NCBI GenBank assembly: GCA_010405405.1
Contig: MU004238.1
Span: 445,530 to 509,529, forward strand
Length of the DNA: 64,000 nt
DNA from: Microthyrium microscopicum
Taxonomy: Eukaryota
Direction of reading: 5' to 3'
Positions within the stretch are counted from its first letter, which is position 1. Each line of letters begins with the position of its first letter. Of the stretch, positions 34,878-46,849 are shown piece after piece. The notes beneath the pieces were generated by a model. The model did no database searches. It was not told the DNA's origin and saw only the letters and a list, made by a program, of their open reading frames with translations. Position numbers and translations under genes: made by a program.

Positions 34878-37800
34878 CTACATACTCTCAGGCGGGCTCA
34901 TCAACGCCCCCGCCTCATCCTCTTTCTCCGGATCAGCCATCGGTGGATTACTGGGCGGAGCATCAAGCTTCAACTTGCCCAGCGGCTTCACACCACCACT
35001 GACACCCGTAACGACACCGTTGACAGAAGTCTCCTCCCTGCCCTCCTCCAACTTCCGCTTCTTCTTGGCCAGCTGCTGCTGCTCGCGAATAGGTCGTTTT
35101 CTTGGAGACGTGATCTTTCCATTAGGAGGCAGACGAGGCTTAGGAAACCTCTGCTTCGGGGGCAAATCGTCGTCTTCAACCAGCGGTTGACCGTTGTTGG
35201 CCTGTAATCTCTCCAGGAAATATTTTCGCGCAACATCAATGACTTCATCAGCAATATCCTTGGCCATCGGGTCAAATGCTTCCGGCTGCTCCATGCTGTC
35301 GCCAGTAAGGGATGATGAATTCTGGTTTTGAGCAACAAAAGCGTTATGCATACGATTGTGCAAGAGATGGAACGGTACACTGAGCGAGGGGAGACCAAGT
35401 TCTTTGTCGAGTCCAAGCTCCTTGAAGCCGAAAAAGTCCTCTGCAATATCGCCGGCAAAGTCACCATTGACGAATTGATCAGAGCCATCATTGAAGGCGC
35501 CCACGCCGTCCGCGCCAGCGCTCGGATCGAGTGCTGGACGTAGCAGGTCAGCGAGGTTCGCTTTCATGCGGTCGTTCATGACACCGAGTTTTAGACTGAG
35601 GCGCTCGACGTCGTCCTTGACGTATGAGTCTAGACCGTCGAGGTCGATGGCATGCTCATTGAAGGTGTGGAGGAGTGCGTCTTCCATGGTGTATCTGTGT
35701 TCGTAAACTTCGGCTTGCTCTGAGGCTTCTTGAGGGATGTGTTTGGGCGCGTTAGCAAAGTCTGCAAAGGTGCGGATGAGGCGTTGGAAATGGTCGGCCA
35801 TGAAGTCCGTGGCTACTTCAAGGGCGGACGGGTGGAATTCTTCAAAGCCGGCGTGGTAGAAAACTTTGCCTATACTGCGCTGGAAGGTGGCTCGACAGAC
35901 TTCGGGGGCTAGAATCGGTAAGTCTGTCGAGACAACTGTTGTGTCAATGTCTTTCTCCATGAAAGGCCTTGGATCGTATTTTTGAAATTGGTTGGAATAC
36001 ATCTGCGTTTGTAGCTGCATTTGCTTCACAACACCTATCTTCGAGCAAACCTTTCGAGTCTCTTGCATAAGATGGATATTCGCATCCATTTTACGACCAA
36101 AGATTGAGGGTGGCGCTACGAACAAGCCTGCCGGAACAACATGCATCGACTCTTCGTCCTGATTCTTGACTTTCCCTTCCGCGTCCAACTCCCAGCGGAG
36201 ACGTTGGGGAATATCAGGTACTGCTGATACAGGATCGTAGTAGTCAGGAAGAATGTTATCATCCTCGGCGGCTTCGACGCCCTCAGCTAGTGTTTCACCT
36301 GGAATATCGGTGGCTTCCTCCGACTTGTCTTCAAAAGCAAACGAGTCTGTCGAAGAGTCCTGTGCTTGCTGTATTTGTTTTTGCAGTCGGATGTATCGTC
36401 GCATGCCAGCTTTGCTTCTCAGAAGGGCGGGTTCTTCAGGATTGATACGATGGTTGATGAACAGCCTCTTTCGATCAGCAGCTGCAACTGCTCTGGGCTT
36501 TTTTGTCACTTGCTTCCAGGTGCGAAACTCGAGGTCAGCATACTCCATTTCTTGACCTTGGGACAAGTCATTCAAAGAGAAACCTGCACCATCAACTTCG
36601 GAGCCCTCTCCTTGGCTTTGCGTGCCATTCATATGGACTCCATTCATTCCCAAAGGGGTATGGGTACCAGGAGGTGGCGTTGAGAAGCCATTGATGATCC
36701 CCTCCATTGGTGCATCAGATTCGGCTCGAGGAAAGCCATTGCGAGGAGGTAGAGAAGACCCATGTGACATATTTGGCTTGGTTTCGGGGCCTGGGGTACC
36801 TTCGTTGATTGCGGGTGGAGCCTTGCGAGCGGTTGAGGTACCTTTCTTGGCTTTGGAAGGAGCCTTTCGTCCTCGAGACGCCATTATCGGCTCGTCGTCA
36901 CTATCATCAAGTCCGTCAAGCTCCGCATCGAGATTTTGCATTTTGCGCTCCTCTGCCTCGACTTCAGCCCGGTCGCGAATAACAATATCAGGGATCAAAA
37001 AGACCAAGCTCTCTGTCTGTTTTTGCATATATAACGCCTTTTTGCGGAGGAAATGGTTTGGGTCGGTGTTGTATTTCAGGCAATTGCTCCAGATTAAATT
37101 GAGGTCGTCCACAAATTCCTTCTTTGACTTATATGCAAAGTTCTTGAGTTTCTTTAGCATGGTGCCAATATCCATAGGATGTTTAATGATAGTGTAGTAA
37201 TCTGGCGCATCGCGTTTGTTGACACGGTTGAGAAAAGGACCAGATTGTTCGGTATTAGCTTTGAGTTCTTGAAGTACCTTCTCCGCAGCCTCGTACAACT
37301 CTTCTTGTCCAACCTTCTCTTCACTTGCCCATTTGCTACGATTCTTTCTAACCTCGCTTATAAGCCGCCGGAGCTGGGAGTCTTGAGCATTGACCATGTA
37401 GCGGTATTTATCTATCCGAGAAAGAAGATGCTTCAACATAAGACTAGAGGCGCCCAGATTCGCAGAACTTAGGGAGCCTTGTTGCGTTGTATTTCCTCCA
37501 GGTCCGGTCTTGCTGCGATCACCAGAGACCTCAGCTTCTACTTGTCTGTCAAGCTCGTCAAGTTTCTGTTGTTCCAACATGGCTGCGCGGTCGTGCTCGA
37601 ATGTGTAGAACATTGTGTGAAAGTTGCGTTTCGCGGCTTCTTCAGCAGCTTGCTTGTCCTGTTGCGCTTTCTTTCGTGCATCTTCAGTCGATCTTCCCTC
37701 AGAGGCGGCGCTGGGTCTATGAAGGAGAGGCGGCTTGACGGGACTACCGTTTGCCAAACGCGCAGGTGACGCGTATCCTCGCGAGATTGCGCCTGTAGAC

Positions 37801-38237
37801 TTTGGAAGAAGAGGTGACTCGATAGCCGGCGCTTCGTCCTCTTCTTCATCCTCGTCATCATCGCCATAATCATCTTCGTCAATTGCTCTGGTCGGCTTTT
37901 TCGAGGATGGAACCGGTCGCGACGTGGATTTTGAAGATTGTAAGACGGCAGGATCGGGGATTATCACCGGCGCAGGAGGACCATGCTTTAAAAAGTCGTT
38001 TAGACGGGCTTCTGACTGTGAGAATAGAGTCCGAAATGCAACAACCCGGGGATCGTCTTCCGTGGCGCCATCCGTATGTTCAACTCGACCATTGGGAGGG
38101 CCAGGGCCAGGAAGGGTGTCATCGGTCATGCTATTACGAGCTCGAAGTTTAGAGGATTGATATGCATGAGTGGCGGAGTAGTTGGGCCCATGGGAGCCGT
38201 TGCGCGATGACGCGAAGGGGGAGAGATGCGGGTTCAT
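34878..38237 (-). CDS. SPT7: SAGA complex bromodomain subunit Spt7 (single ORF; start codon uncertain)
   Basis: LGASSLMLKHLLSRID, RKNRSKWASEEKVGQEELYEAAEKVL, bromodomain PFLNRVNKRDAPDYYTIIKHPMDIG...LIWSNCLKYN, histone-fold region FYHAGFEEFHPSALE, and FVNGDFAGDIAEDFFGFKELGLDKE. First in-frame ATG at 38237. Confidence 0.95.
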   Translation of the reverse strand: MNPHLSPFASSRNGSHGPNYSATHAYQSSKLRARNSMTDDTLPGPGPPNGRVEHTDGATEDDPRVVAFRTLFSQSEARLNDFLKHGPPAPVIIPDPAVLQSSKSTSRPVPSSKKPTRAIDEDDYGDDDEDEEEDEAPAIESPLLPKSTGAISRGYASPARLANGSPVKPPLLHRPSAASEGRSTEDARKKAQQDKQAAEEAAKRNFHTMFYTFEHDRAAMLEQQKLDELDRQVEAEVSGDRSKTGPGGNTTQQGSLSSANLGASSLMLKHLLSRIDKYRYMVNAQDSQLRRLISEVRKNRSKWASEEKVGQEELYEAAEKVLQELKANTEQSGPFLNRVNKRDAPDYYTIIKHPMDIGTMLKKLKNFAYKSKKEFVDDLNLIWSNCLKYNTDPNHFLRKKALYMQKQTESLVFLIPDIVIRDRAEVEAEERKMQNLDAELDGLDDSDDEPIMASRGRKAPSKAKKGTSTARKAPPAINEGTPGPETKPNMSHGSSLPPRNGFPRAESDAPMEGIINGFSTPPPGTHTPLGMNGVHMNGTQSQGEGSEVDGAGFSLNDLSQGQEMEYADLEFRTWKQVTKKPRAVAAADRKRLFINHRINPEEPALLRSKAGMRRYIRLQKQIQQAQDSSTDSFAFEDKSEEATDIPGETLAEGVEAAEDDNILPDYYDPVSAVPDIPQRLRWELDAEGKVKNQDEESMHVVPAGLFVAPPSIFGRKMDANIHLMQETRKVCSKIGVVKQMQLQTQMYSNQFQKYDPRPFMEKDIDTTVVSTDLPILAPEVCRATFQRSIGKVFYHAGFEEFHPSALEVATDFMADHFQRLIRTFADFANAPKHIPQEASEQAEVYEHRYTMEDALLHTFNEHAIDLDGLDSYVKDDVERLSLKLGVMNDRMKANLADLLRPALDPSAGADGVGAFNDGSDQFVNGDFAGDIAEDFFGFKELGLDKELGLPSLSVPFHLLHNRMHNAFVAQNQNSSSLTGDSMEQPEAFDPMAKDIADEVIDVARKYFLERLQANNGQPLVEDDDLPPKQRFPKPRLPPNGKITSPRKRPIREQQQLAKKKRKLEEGREETSVNGVVTGVSGGVKPLGKLKLDAPPSNPPMADPEKEDEAGALMSPPESM

Positions 38238-39077
38238 TGGGGGTCTTGGCACTCTGGGGCAGGAGGGCCAAACCAAAGATGGTGGTGGAGACCGAGGCGC
38301 CTCGCTGGCGCCGTCTAGCTATCGCGATGGCCAGAAAAGGGGGTCATGGGAAAGCTATGGTTTAGGAGAGATGGTAGTCGAAATTTGAAGATGAAATCGG
38401 CCGTGTAGGGAGAGTATTGGCGATGGAAAGATGGCGGAGATTGGTGGGCAGTTGGAAGTGAGGTTGCGGAGGAGCGAGACATCTGCCAGAGGTCGTTGAT
38501 TTAAGCTTAGGGTGCATATTAGACGTTCCTTTCACACAAGTTTGGTGTTGCTTGTAATATATAAAACTCACCACTTCAGGCTGTAGTGAAATGGATTTCT
38601 TTTGAGTATGGGTAATATCAAAGCAGGTAGCCTTTGATGAAGTTTCAATTGAAATAGTAAACTCTCAAGTGTTGAACAAAAGAGCTGCTTGTGGGCCACA
38701 CCAGGAGAAGCATGAAGCTGATAAACTGCGGCTGCCTTCCCTGGGGCTTCGAGACGTTTTGAAATTTGTTCGGCTCGCCAAATTTGCCCTGGTCTCCACG
38801 TGATCGGCTTCACGTTTTCATCCGAACGTGCCGAAGCGCCTCCAGATCCGAAGCTGTGCTCATTCAATTACCCCAGAAGCTGAAAGCTTGCAACGAACCA
38901 CTGCACTCCCTGGGCCTGCCTACATCTATTGAACACATTATACTGTACTCCCCCAAAGACTCTTTCTTTCTGACACTTCTTCCAAAGCACCACCTTACTA
39001 CAACCGCTATATACCGCCTCAAACACCACCATGAATCAGTTTCTCTAGCTCATCCTTTCTCAAGAGTCAGATCCAGT

Positions 39078-39832
39078 ATGCGTTTCCGCACCTACCCAGC
39101 CGGTACCTTCCACCCATACATACTAACTCACCATACACCATACTAACAAGCTCCAGTTGGCTTTGCCATTCTCTGTCTCCTCTCCGCCTACGTAGGCCTC
39201 GCGCCTACTTCCTACAACCCAGCACTTCCTTCCTATGGCCAAAGCGACAAAGTCCTACACTTCATAACATTTTTCCTCCTTACACTTTGTTTCTACTGGA
39301 TCCTGGAGACGAATCGGCGCAAGAATCTACAGCTTACGCTGCTGGTCTGTCCGGGGGTTTTGGGGGTGGGAAGTGAGATTGTGCAGGGGTTGTTACCTGT
39401 AAGTTTTTCTGGTTATCGTGTTTCTTCAAAATGGATTGCGGTGCTCAGAATAGCTTGCTACCACGATATAGAAAAGATGCTAATATATAATGACAACAGA
39501 ACGGCCGCGCCTTTGACCTCCTCGATATCTTCGCAAATGTGGTTGGCTCCGGTGCAGCATTGGCAATATGTGTATGGTATCACAAGCGCATGCTCGAACG
39601 GAAGAGACATGGGCGGACGTTTGGACCGTTGGCGGAGGGTGAGGAGGAGGATTTTGATGTAGAGCTGGGCGAGGGAATTGGTTCACAAGAGAATGGCGTG
39701 ATACCGGAAGCCACTTTGGAAGCAGAAGTGGACAACTGGGACGAGAATGCAGAGGATTGGGACGAAGATGAGGCGAATGAAGACGATGCGAAACCTAGCG
39801 ATGATGAGGTGGGCAAGAAACGCAACGATTGA
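39078..39832 (+). CDS. VanZ-like domain membrane protein; exons 39078-39102, 39157-39398, ~39500-39832
   Basis: Spliced product includes SDKVLHFITFFLLTLCFYWILETNRRKNL...GVGSEIVQGLLP/NGRAFDLLDIFANVVGS, the VanZ DK..HF / E..Q / D..D...N pattern, followed by an acidic tail. Confidence 0.85.
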
Positions 39833-40057
39833 TGAATATATAATGCAAAATCCAGTCTGTTGAGCATACGTTCATTCAGTATTTGAAGACTGTTTACATT
39901 GCACTATTGGTGTCTAGAGTACGGTAGAGGCTGCAGCAGCGCCGTCTGGTCTCTTGTGACAATTGAAATCCCCAACACCAGAGTAATGCACACTCTCAAG
40001 CATATTCCTTTACTTTTGAGTTCACTTCAACCCGACATGAAATCTTCAAGGACAGAT

Positions 40058-40617
40058 CTATGGCTGGGCACCAGCAGCTGCGGTCTTAGCGGCCTGCTGA
40101 GGCACAATCTTTTTTCCGTCCTTGTTGTACCGAACACGTGGTGGAGGAGCGCGATTGCGACGACCTTCGCGGGAGCGGACACTAGTCATGATGTTAGCTA
40201 CTGGTGGCGATGTATGATGGACCAGGATGCATACCGAACAATCTTGCCGTGGATGGCGCAGGAGACGCAGTACTGGAGCTTGAGATACATCTTTGGAACA
40301 GTGTATTCATTAAAGACACTGGCATCGGAGATATCGCCTACAAACCACACCTGTTAGCCCATATCTCGCAAGGTCTTTTCTAGGTGTTGGGGAGGAGGCG
40401 AACATACGAATAGCGGCAGATTCGACCATGTTGCGGATGGTAAATCGCTTGATTGCCTTGTCCTTGGGAGTGCAGCGACTGCAGTTAGAGCAACGGATGG
40501 GCTTCACATGGCCACGACCCTTCTTGTTGCGTCCGCTGTTCGGTTCGTCAGCGAACTAATTCACTGGTACATCGAACATGCTGGCTAGACTCACTTGGAC
40601 GCGCGCTTCTTGACCAT
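40058..40617 (-). CDS. RPS26: 40S ribosomal protein S26 (eS26); exons 40617-40595, 40535-40408, 40337-40235, 40181-40058; probable 5'UTR intron 40770-40646
   Basis: [57 protein letters not shown]...[28 protein letters not shown], joined by three canonical introns. Confidence 0.98.
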
Positions 40618-41255
40618 TTTTGATGAGTAGCACTAGACGGCAGAACTGTACAAGATTAGCTTCAGCAATACTGATGGGGGAAGAGAGGTTTGAGCAGACC
40701 TAGTACTGGAGATTTGGTGGGTAGGGTGGTGGATGGGTGGTTGAAGTTGGAGATTGTGTTGGTGGAGTACAATTTTGGGGTTTGTGATGTGGGAGTGAGC
40801 AAAAATAAGCTAAGCCGAATTGGGGTGGCTTTTCGAGGGGTGCTGTTAGTAAGCGGGGCTAATCCTTGTTGGTTCAATGTTCGCTGTGTTCAACATTGAA
40901 GGCGGCGATTTTCGGGAACCTTGAACATCGTCCGAAGGTAAACAACATTCCATATCTGATCCCAGACTCGGTTCTCCATCTTCTTGTCTGAATTCCCCTC
41001 TTTATGAATATCGAAAGCTGCTGCTTGTCTCGAAAATACTCTCTGCCACTAGGATCGTGACAGATCTGATTCAACAAGTGCCATATCGCGCGCCTTGTTG
41101 CCCTGCAGATTGACGTGCATACTTACTTTTTTTGGAGTCTTTTCCAGAGCAACCGTCAAAGTTTCCAAGACTCACCAAATCTTCTGTTCCCGAGCTTTCT
41201 CAATCAACAAACACCCTTTTACACACTGCCCATAGTGTGAAATCATAATATCATC

Positions 41256-43415
41256 ATGTCGTCGACAGGAACCTTTCGCGGCACTCCCAAGTCAAGGGGA
41301 CAAGCCGCCTTCGCCAATAGTCCATCACATATCCCTCGTCCCGCCATCGAAACACATCAAAGTACAGCACCCAGCGAGACCGGACATTCTACAATTAGTG
41401 CAAGCCGACAGAAACAAACCAAGCGCGATGAGGTATATAAATTAGCACATTTACTTCATTAGTCCATTTGCTTATTCATGACTAGGCCATTCGTCGCAAG
41501 ATCGAAACCGATTTGAGCAAGAAAAAGGGCCACACATCGCGCGCGCGCCTCACTCGAAAAGCTCCTCCAGGAACAGTGCTAGCTCTCAAACCGAGTCCCG
41601 CCTTACAGATAAAGCCGAACACAACAGTCGCTGAAGCGGCGCAATTGATGGCCGCGAAGCGTGAGGATTGTGTACTCGTGACAGATGATGATGATCGAAT
41701 CGCCGGAATCTTCACAGCCAAGGATCTTGCTTTTCGCGTTGTTGGAGCTGGTATCAAAGCTCGTGATGTCACTATTGCTGATATCATGACGAAGAACCCT
41801 CTTTGCGCCAAGACGGATACTAGCGCTACTGATGCTCTTGATCTCATGGTCCGCAAGGGGTTTCGACATCTCCCAGTTATGGATGAGAATCACGATATAT
41901 CTGGTATTCTGGACATCACAAAGTGCTTTTACGATGCGATGGAAAAGCTGGAACGGGCTTATAGCTCCTCGAGAAAGCTATATGATGCTTTGGAGGGTGT
42001 TCAAGCCGAACTTGGGTCTAGTCAACCACAGCAGATCATTCAATATGTAGAAGCATTACGGTCAAAGATGTCTGGTCCCACCCTGGAGTCTGTCTTGACT
42101 GGATTACCGCCAACAGTCGTTTCTGTGCGAACTACAGTCAAGGAGGCTGCATCGCTCATGAAGGACAATCACACCACTGCCGTCCTGGTTCAAGATCAAG
42201 GACAAATTACTGGTATATTCACCAGCAAAGATGTTGTGTTGCGGGTTATTGCAGCTGGACTTGACCCAGGAACATGCAGCGTCGTCCGTGTTATGACTCC
42301 ACATCCCGATTTTGCACCAATGGATATGAGCATTCAGGCTGCATTGCGAAAAATGCATGGTAAGATTCTCAAACACACTACTTTGGGCTCAAAGCTAATT
42401 TCTTCATAGATGGGCACTATCTTAACTTGCCCGTTATGAGCGACGCAGGAGAAATTGTAGGAATGGTCGATGTCCTCAAACTCACATATGCTACTTTAGA
42501 TCAGGTAAGATCCTCAAACAGTGGGAATATTGATTCCTCTAACATTCTTGGCAGATCAACTCTATCTCCACAACCGACAGCGAGGGACCAGCATGGAACA
42601 AATTCTGGATGTCTCTGGACAATGAAACTGAATCCGTAATGTCCGGCGACGGCAGCACCCGCCCACCAATGACCCCGGACGCTCGCTCCCACATGTCCCA
42701 CGACGTCCGCCACGTTCTCGAGCGCGGCGACTCTGTTCTCCCCAACGACTCGGCCTCCCACAATGGCATCGAATCTCCGGAGCACTCCGCCGTCACCGGC
42801 GCGCATACAGAGAATCTGCCATTCGCTTTCAAATTCAAGGCACCATCAGGCCGCATGCACCGTCTTCAAGTTCTCGCTACTGCTGGAATAGCTGAGCTCG
42901 TGCAGCAAGTCGCCCAGAAATTAGGCAGTGAAGCAGAGACTATCGGCGGCCCACCAGATGTCGAAGAAGGAAAAGTCGGTAACACTGGCTTTGCTCTTAG
43001 CTACCTAGACAACGAAGGCGATACTGTCTCTATCACGACTGATCAAGATCTCATTGAAGCCGTCACACTGGCTAGCCGTAACCACCGTGATAAAGTCGAC
43101 CTTTTCGTCCACGATCCAGAGAAACCTGCCCTCCCAGCTACCGTTGAGCCTCAGCCCGGCCTCGCCAAACCACCGAGTCCACCAGAGAGCACATTGCGGG
43201 AACGCAAACAGTTCAGCATTGAGGAAGAGGAAGAAGATGAGGAAGAATTGATTGCGAGACGTGATCAGCGGAGACAGCGAGCTTTACAGTCGAAGCAGGA
43301 GCAGGAGCCGTTGATTGCTGGCGTGCCGAATGATCTACTACTCCCAGGTGCTATCGTGACACTTGCTGTGGTCATCGTTGCGGTGTTCACTATTAGCCGA
43401 GCGTCGAGTCGGTAA
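41256..43415 (+). CDS. CBS-pair + PB1 domain tail-anchored protein (Mug70-like); exons 41256-41432, 41486-42359, 42410-42504, 42555-43415
   Basis: Four CBS domains (AGIFTAKDLAFRVV, GFRHLPV, GIFTSKDVVLRV, GHYLNLPV), PB1 domain (FKFKAPSGRMHR...LSYLDNEGDTVSITTDQDL) and a C-terminal TM helix. Confidence 0.93.
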
Positions 43416-44053
43416 TTGTATAATTTGCTAGGCGTCAGATTGTTCTCGAATATTGGGGTTGATTAATTATATTTTGTCTTAGTAGGAATATTGAAGCACT
43501 TATACACATCCTGCTTAATGTCTACTATTTGTGACTCAATCCAGATCACGACTAGTAGCCCCATGCTTAAGCTCGGTTCTTGAATCTCTTGCTTGAGAAA
43601 ACCTTTGGTTCGCAATTGCACTGCAATTTTAGCGTCCACCGAAGCATTCATGAGGCTGAATCTTCTTCCTGGACCAGCAACAAGGCTGAACGCAAGGCTG
43701 AAAATAGCCAATGACGTAGGCCGAATGCACGTGCCAGGACCCGTTGAAGATCACTCTCTGCCTCAACTTCAACACTAACAGCCCGACCCTGACATATTTC
43801 CATCCACCTCTGAGCCTAAACTTTATACCAAGAGTTACACTTTCTCTCAGTGATTAGATTTGCGACTTCCACGACCTCGTCTTATTAAAGCTTTTACAAC
43901 AAAGCTTTTACCAAGCTCTTCAACTCCCTGAAAGGCTCGCTGCACTCTTAAGCCCCACCACAATAACAACAAACTTTGAGCCCAACAACTCCAACCATTT
44001 CCCCCTCTAATTGAATCTCTTTCGAAGAGACTCTTCATCCAAAACCGTCCAAG

Positions 44054-44925
44054 ATGTCAGGAGGACGCACCCAAACCCCGACCTTCATCGGTCTCCCACC
44101 ACCGCAAGCAGACCCCATGACCCCAGATCTCCCGTAAGTCCCAACATTCCCACCACCACCCTCTATACCAATTCATCATCACTCCGCCAAACATCAAGCC
44201 ATAGCTAACCAAACAATGCCAGTGGTACACCTACATCAACAACAACATCAATGTCCGAACTCTCCACCGTCGCTATAAAAGATGGCCACCGCGGCCACCT
44301 CCACCATCACTCCAACCCCATGGACGCCGAGCGCGCAGACCGCATCTCCCGCCTAGCCGGTCTCGATCGTCTACATCCACGCCAACAACCTTCCACCACC
44401 TCCAACTTCGGCAGCTCCACTGGTCAGCATCCTTTGGCACAGGCTTACTTTGATGGCAACAATGTCCCGCAAATCACCCGTGAGCGCAGCACCGTCGGAA
44501 GCGCGAGCGCTACAGCAGAGGGCACGGCGGAGGGAAGCGTGGGTGGTAGAACAACATGGGCGAGCGGTAGTGACGTTTATGACCCGGATAAGATGAGTGA
44601 GAGTAATGCGGACATGGAGAGCAATACGGATATGCAGAGCATGTCTGGGTTTTCTGACGAGGGAACGCCGAGTTTGGTTGGGTTTGGAGAGGGTGCGCGC
44701 ACTCCTGCACGCCAACTGTCGAGCTACGGTAGTCCACCCGGTCATCAGCACAAGACGAGCAATACGCCGAGACAAGGAGTTGTGGGCTCAATGGCGGCTG
44801 GCACAATGACGCCGCAGAGTGCGATTGAGGCGCAGAGACTGGAGGCGCGAAACCTGGATGGGATGACCTATGATCGTGATGGCATGGATACGACGAATCG
44901 TACGCCGCCGCCTGTGCAGGATTAG
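44054..44925 (+). CDS. Conserved-looking fungal hypothetical protein; exons 44054-44133, 44223-44925
   Basis: Intron GTAAGT..GCTAAC..CAG joins MSGGRTQTP... to PGTPTSTTTSMSELSTVAIKDGHRG...AERADRISRLAGLDR...SLVGFGEGA in frame. Confidence 0.8.
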
Positions 44926-46378
44926 CTGAGCCAGCGGTTCGATATGACCGGAACGCCGGTTGTCGTGATGTTCAAAGCGTCTAGTGGAGGAGTTTGGCAG
45001 ATGGCTGCGGTCTTGTATATGCTATGCCATGACTGATGATGGCGTTGGCAGGAGATACCGAGGGAATAGACGTTGTCGATTCTTTCTTATGATAGTCTCC
45101 GCGAGTTCACCAGCCAGCGGACATTGGGCTATATGAACTAGTATATCTTAATGTTCCGGTGTAGACCAATGATCAGTTGATATGAATGTCATTCATTGTC
45201 TATTATACTGAATTCCTCATCATACAGTCTATCGAGATCATCAAGCTCTCCCTTCTCTTAAACTCTCTCTCAAGCTTTTTCGCTTTACCACCAATATGAG
45301 CTAACAACGACTATCCATTACACTTCTCCTCTTCCTCTCCTCGCGTCTTCATTCTCCTCATTCCGGGCAAAGAACTATAAACCAGAGGCGCAAAGCACGA
45401 AACAGCGAAGCCTTTTGGTGATGCTGGCCAATTCGTGCTCTGCTCCCCTGGCCCAGAATTCTATTGCCGACGCAAGCATCCCGCCATCCTGATGTTGTGA
45501 GAAGACATTTAGGATCCCACCCTATGATCTTAGCCAACCATGAGGATCCCACCCTGGGTTTTTTTGTATTGCTTTCGGGCGGATTCTATAACACTCGAAA
45601 GAGAGGTTGGAATGCGTATGACGAGCGCGGAATCCAGGAGGTCGTCCTGAGCGAATGAAGAGGAATCTGGGAACGACTCCTGTAAGAATGAATGGCGTGT
45701 CCGGTTATCCCTGGAACGTATGTTGTTTGGTTTGGAAACGAAGGCTTGTCTATGTTGACAAAGCTGAATTGGGAGATCCACTCATCCTAACCATACCATC
45801 TTGAGATTCTGGTCAGATCCTATTTCGTTTATTGTTTGGAAAGGATCCAAGTGTCCAACAAAGTCACAGATGAGATCTTGAACCGGATTTCACTGATTTA
45901 ACGAGAATCCTGTTCACCCATGAAAGCCAGCATTAATATTTTGGATCCTTATTGTCGGTTGAGACAGCACCCTGAGACTGGTCACCAGAGCTATGGTAGC
46001 CGTCAGCAAGATCCCGATATGTCGTTATCTGCGTCAGTTTGGGGGGTAGCTTACAATTGAGTTGTCCTGGCATGACCTCCCAAACCGTTGACATACTGCA
46101 TTCGGCAGGTCCCATAGGCTCGACCTATTTCCAATATAGAAAACGCTTCGGATCATGCAGACAGGTCGACCAACCTGCAGAACCTCGACATTTCCCATGG
46201 TATTTGGAGATGCAGTCATGTTTCCGCAGGACGTAAGTCAGGACAGTGGTCATGTTTGGGATACACTGGTTTCTCGGCACCATCCAGTCTGCTCATAGCA
46301 ATTTAGGATCCACCTGTCCCTGAGCACGACATGAGTGCCATATCTTTGTGTATGAGAAGCTTCTGGCTCCTGGCACCA

Positions 46379-46660
46379 CCTGAAGTAAGGTCTGGGCAGT
46401 TCGGACACAGACACACGCACTCCTGGATCAGATGCCACAGGTATTGAGAGCCAGGTTTCCATAGAGGCCTGAAGTGAGTTTTATACAGTCCGGACTCAGG
46501 GCACACGCACTCCTGGATCAGATGCCACAGGTATTGAGAGCCAGGTTTCCATAGAGGCCTGAAGTGAGTTTTATACAGTCCGGACTCAGAACACACGCAC
46601 TCCTGGATCAGATGCCACAGGTATGAAGAGCCAGACTTCTATAGAGACCTGAAGTGAGTC
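46379..46660. repeat. 90-bp tandem repeat, about 3.2 copies
   Basis: Units start at 46412, 46502 and 46592 with CACACGCACTCCTGGATCAGATGCCACAGGTA. Units 1 and 2 differ only in their last two bases. Unit 3 and the partial unit at 46379-46411 are diverged. Confidence 0.97.
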
Positions 46661-46849
46661 CGACATCGTGTGGGACATCAGACGCATTCATCCTGTGGTT
46701 GAGCTTCTGTTTTTCAGTTCCAAATTCTTTCCAGAAGCCCGAGTCTAAGTCGATTCGGACATGGACAAATTCCACATCCCTGTGGAAAACCCGGCATGGT
46801 TTGGATGTCCGTTAGACCGATCGACCACAGCAAGTCTCGACAGAATGAC

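Noticed and set aside
40646..40770. Intronic snoRNA in RPS26 introns
   Set aside because: No convincing box C (RTGATGA)/box D pair or H/ACA structure was seen, and the coding-region introns are very short.
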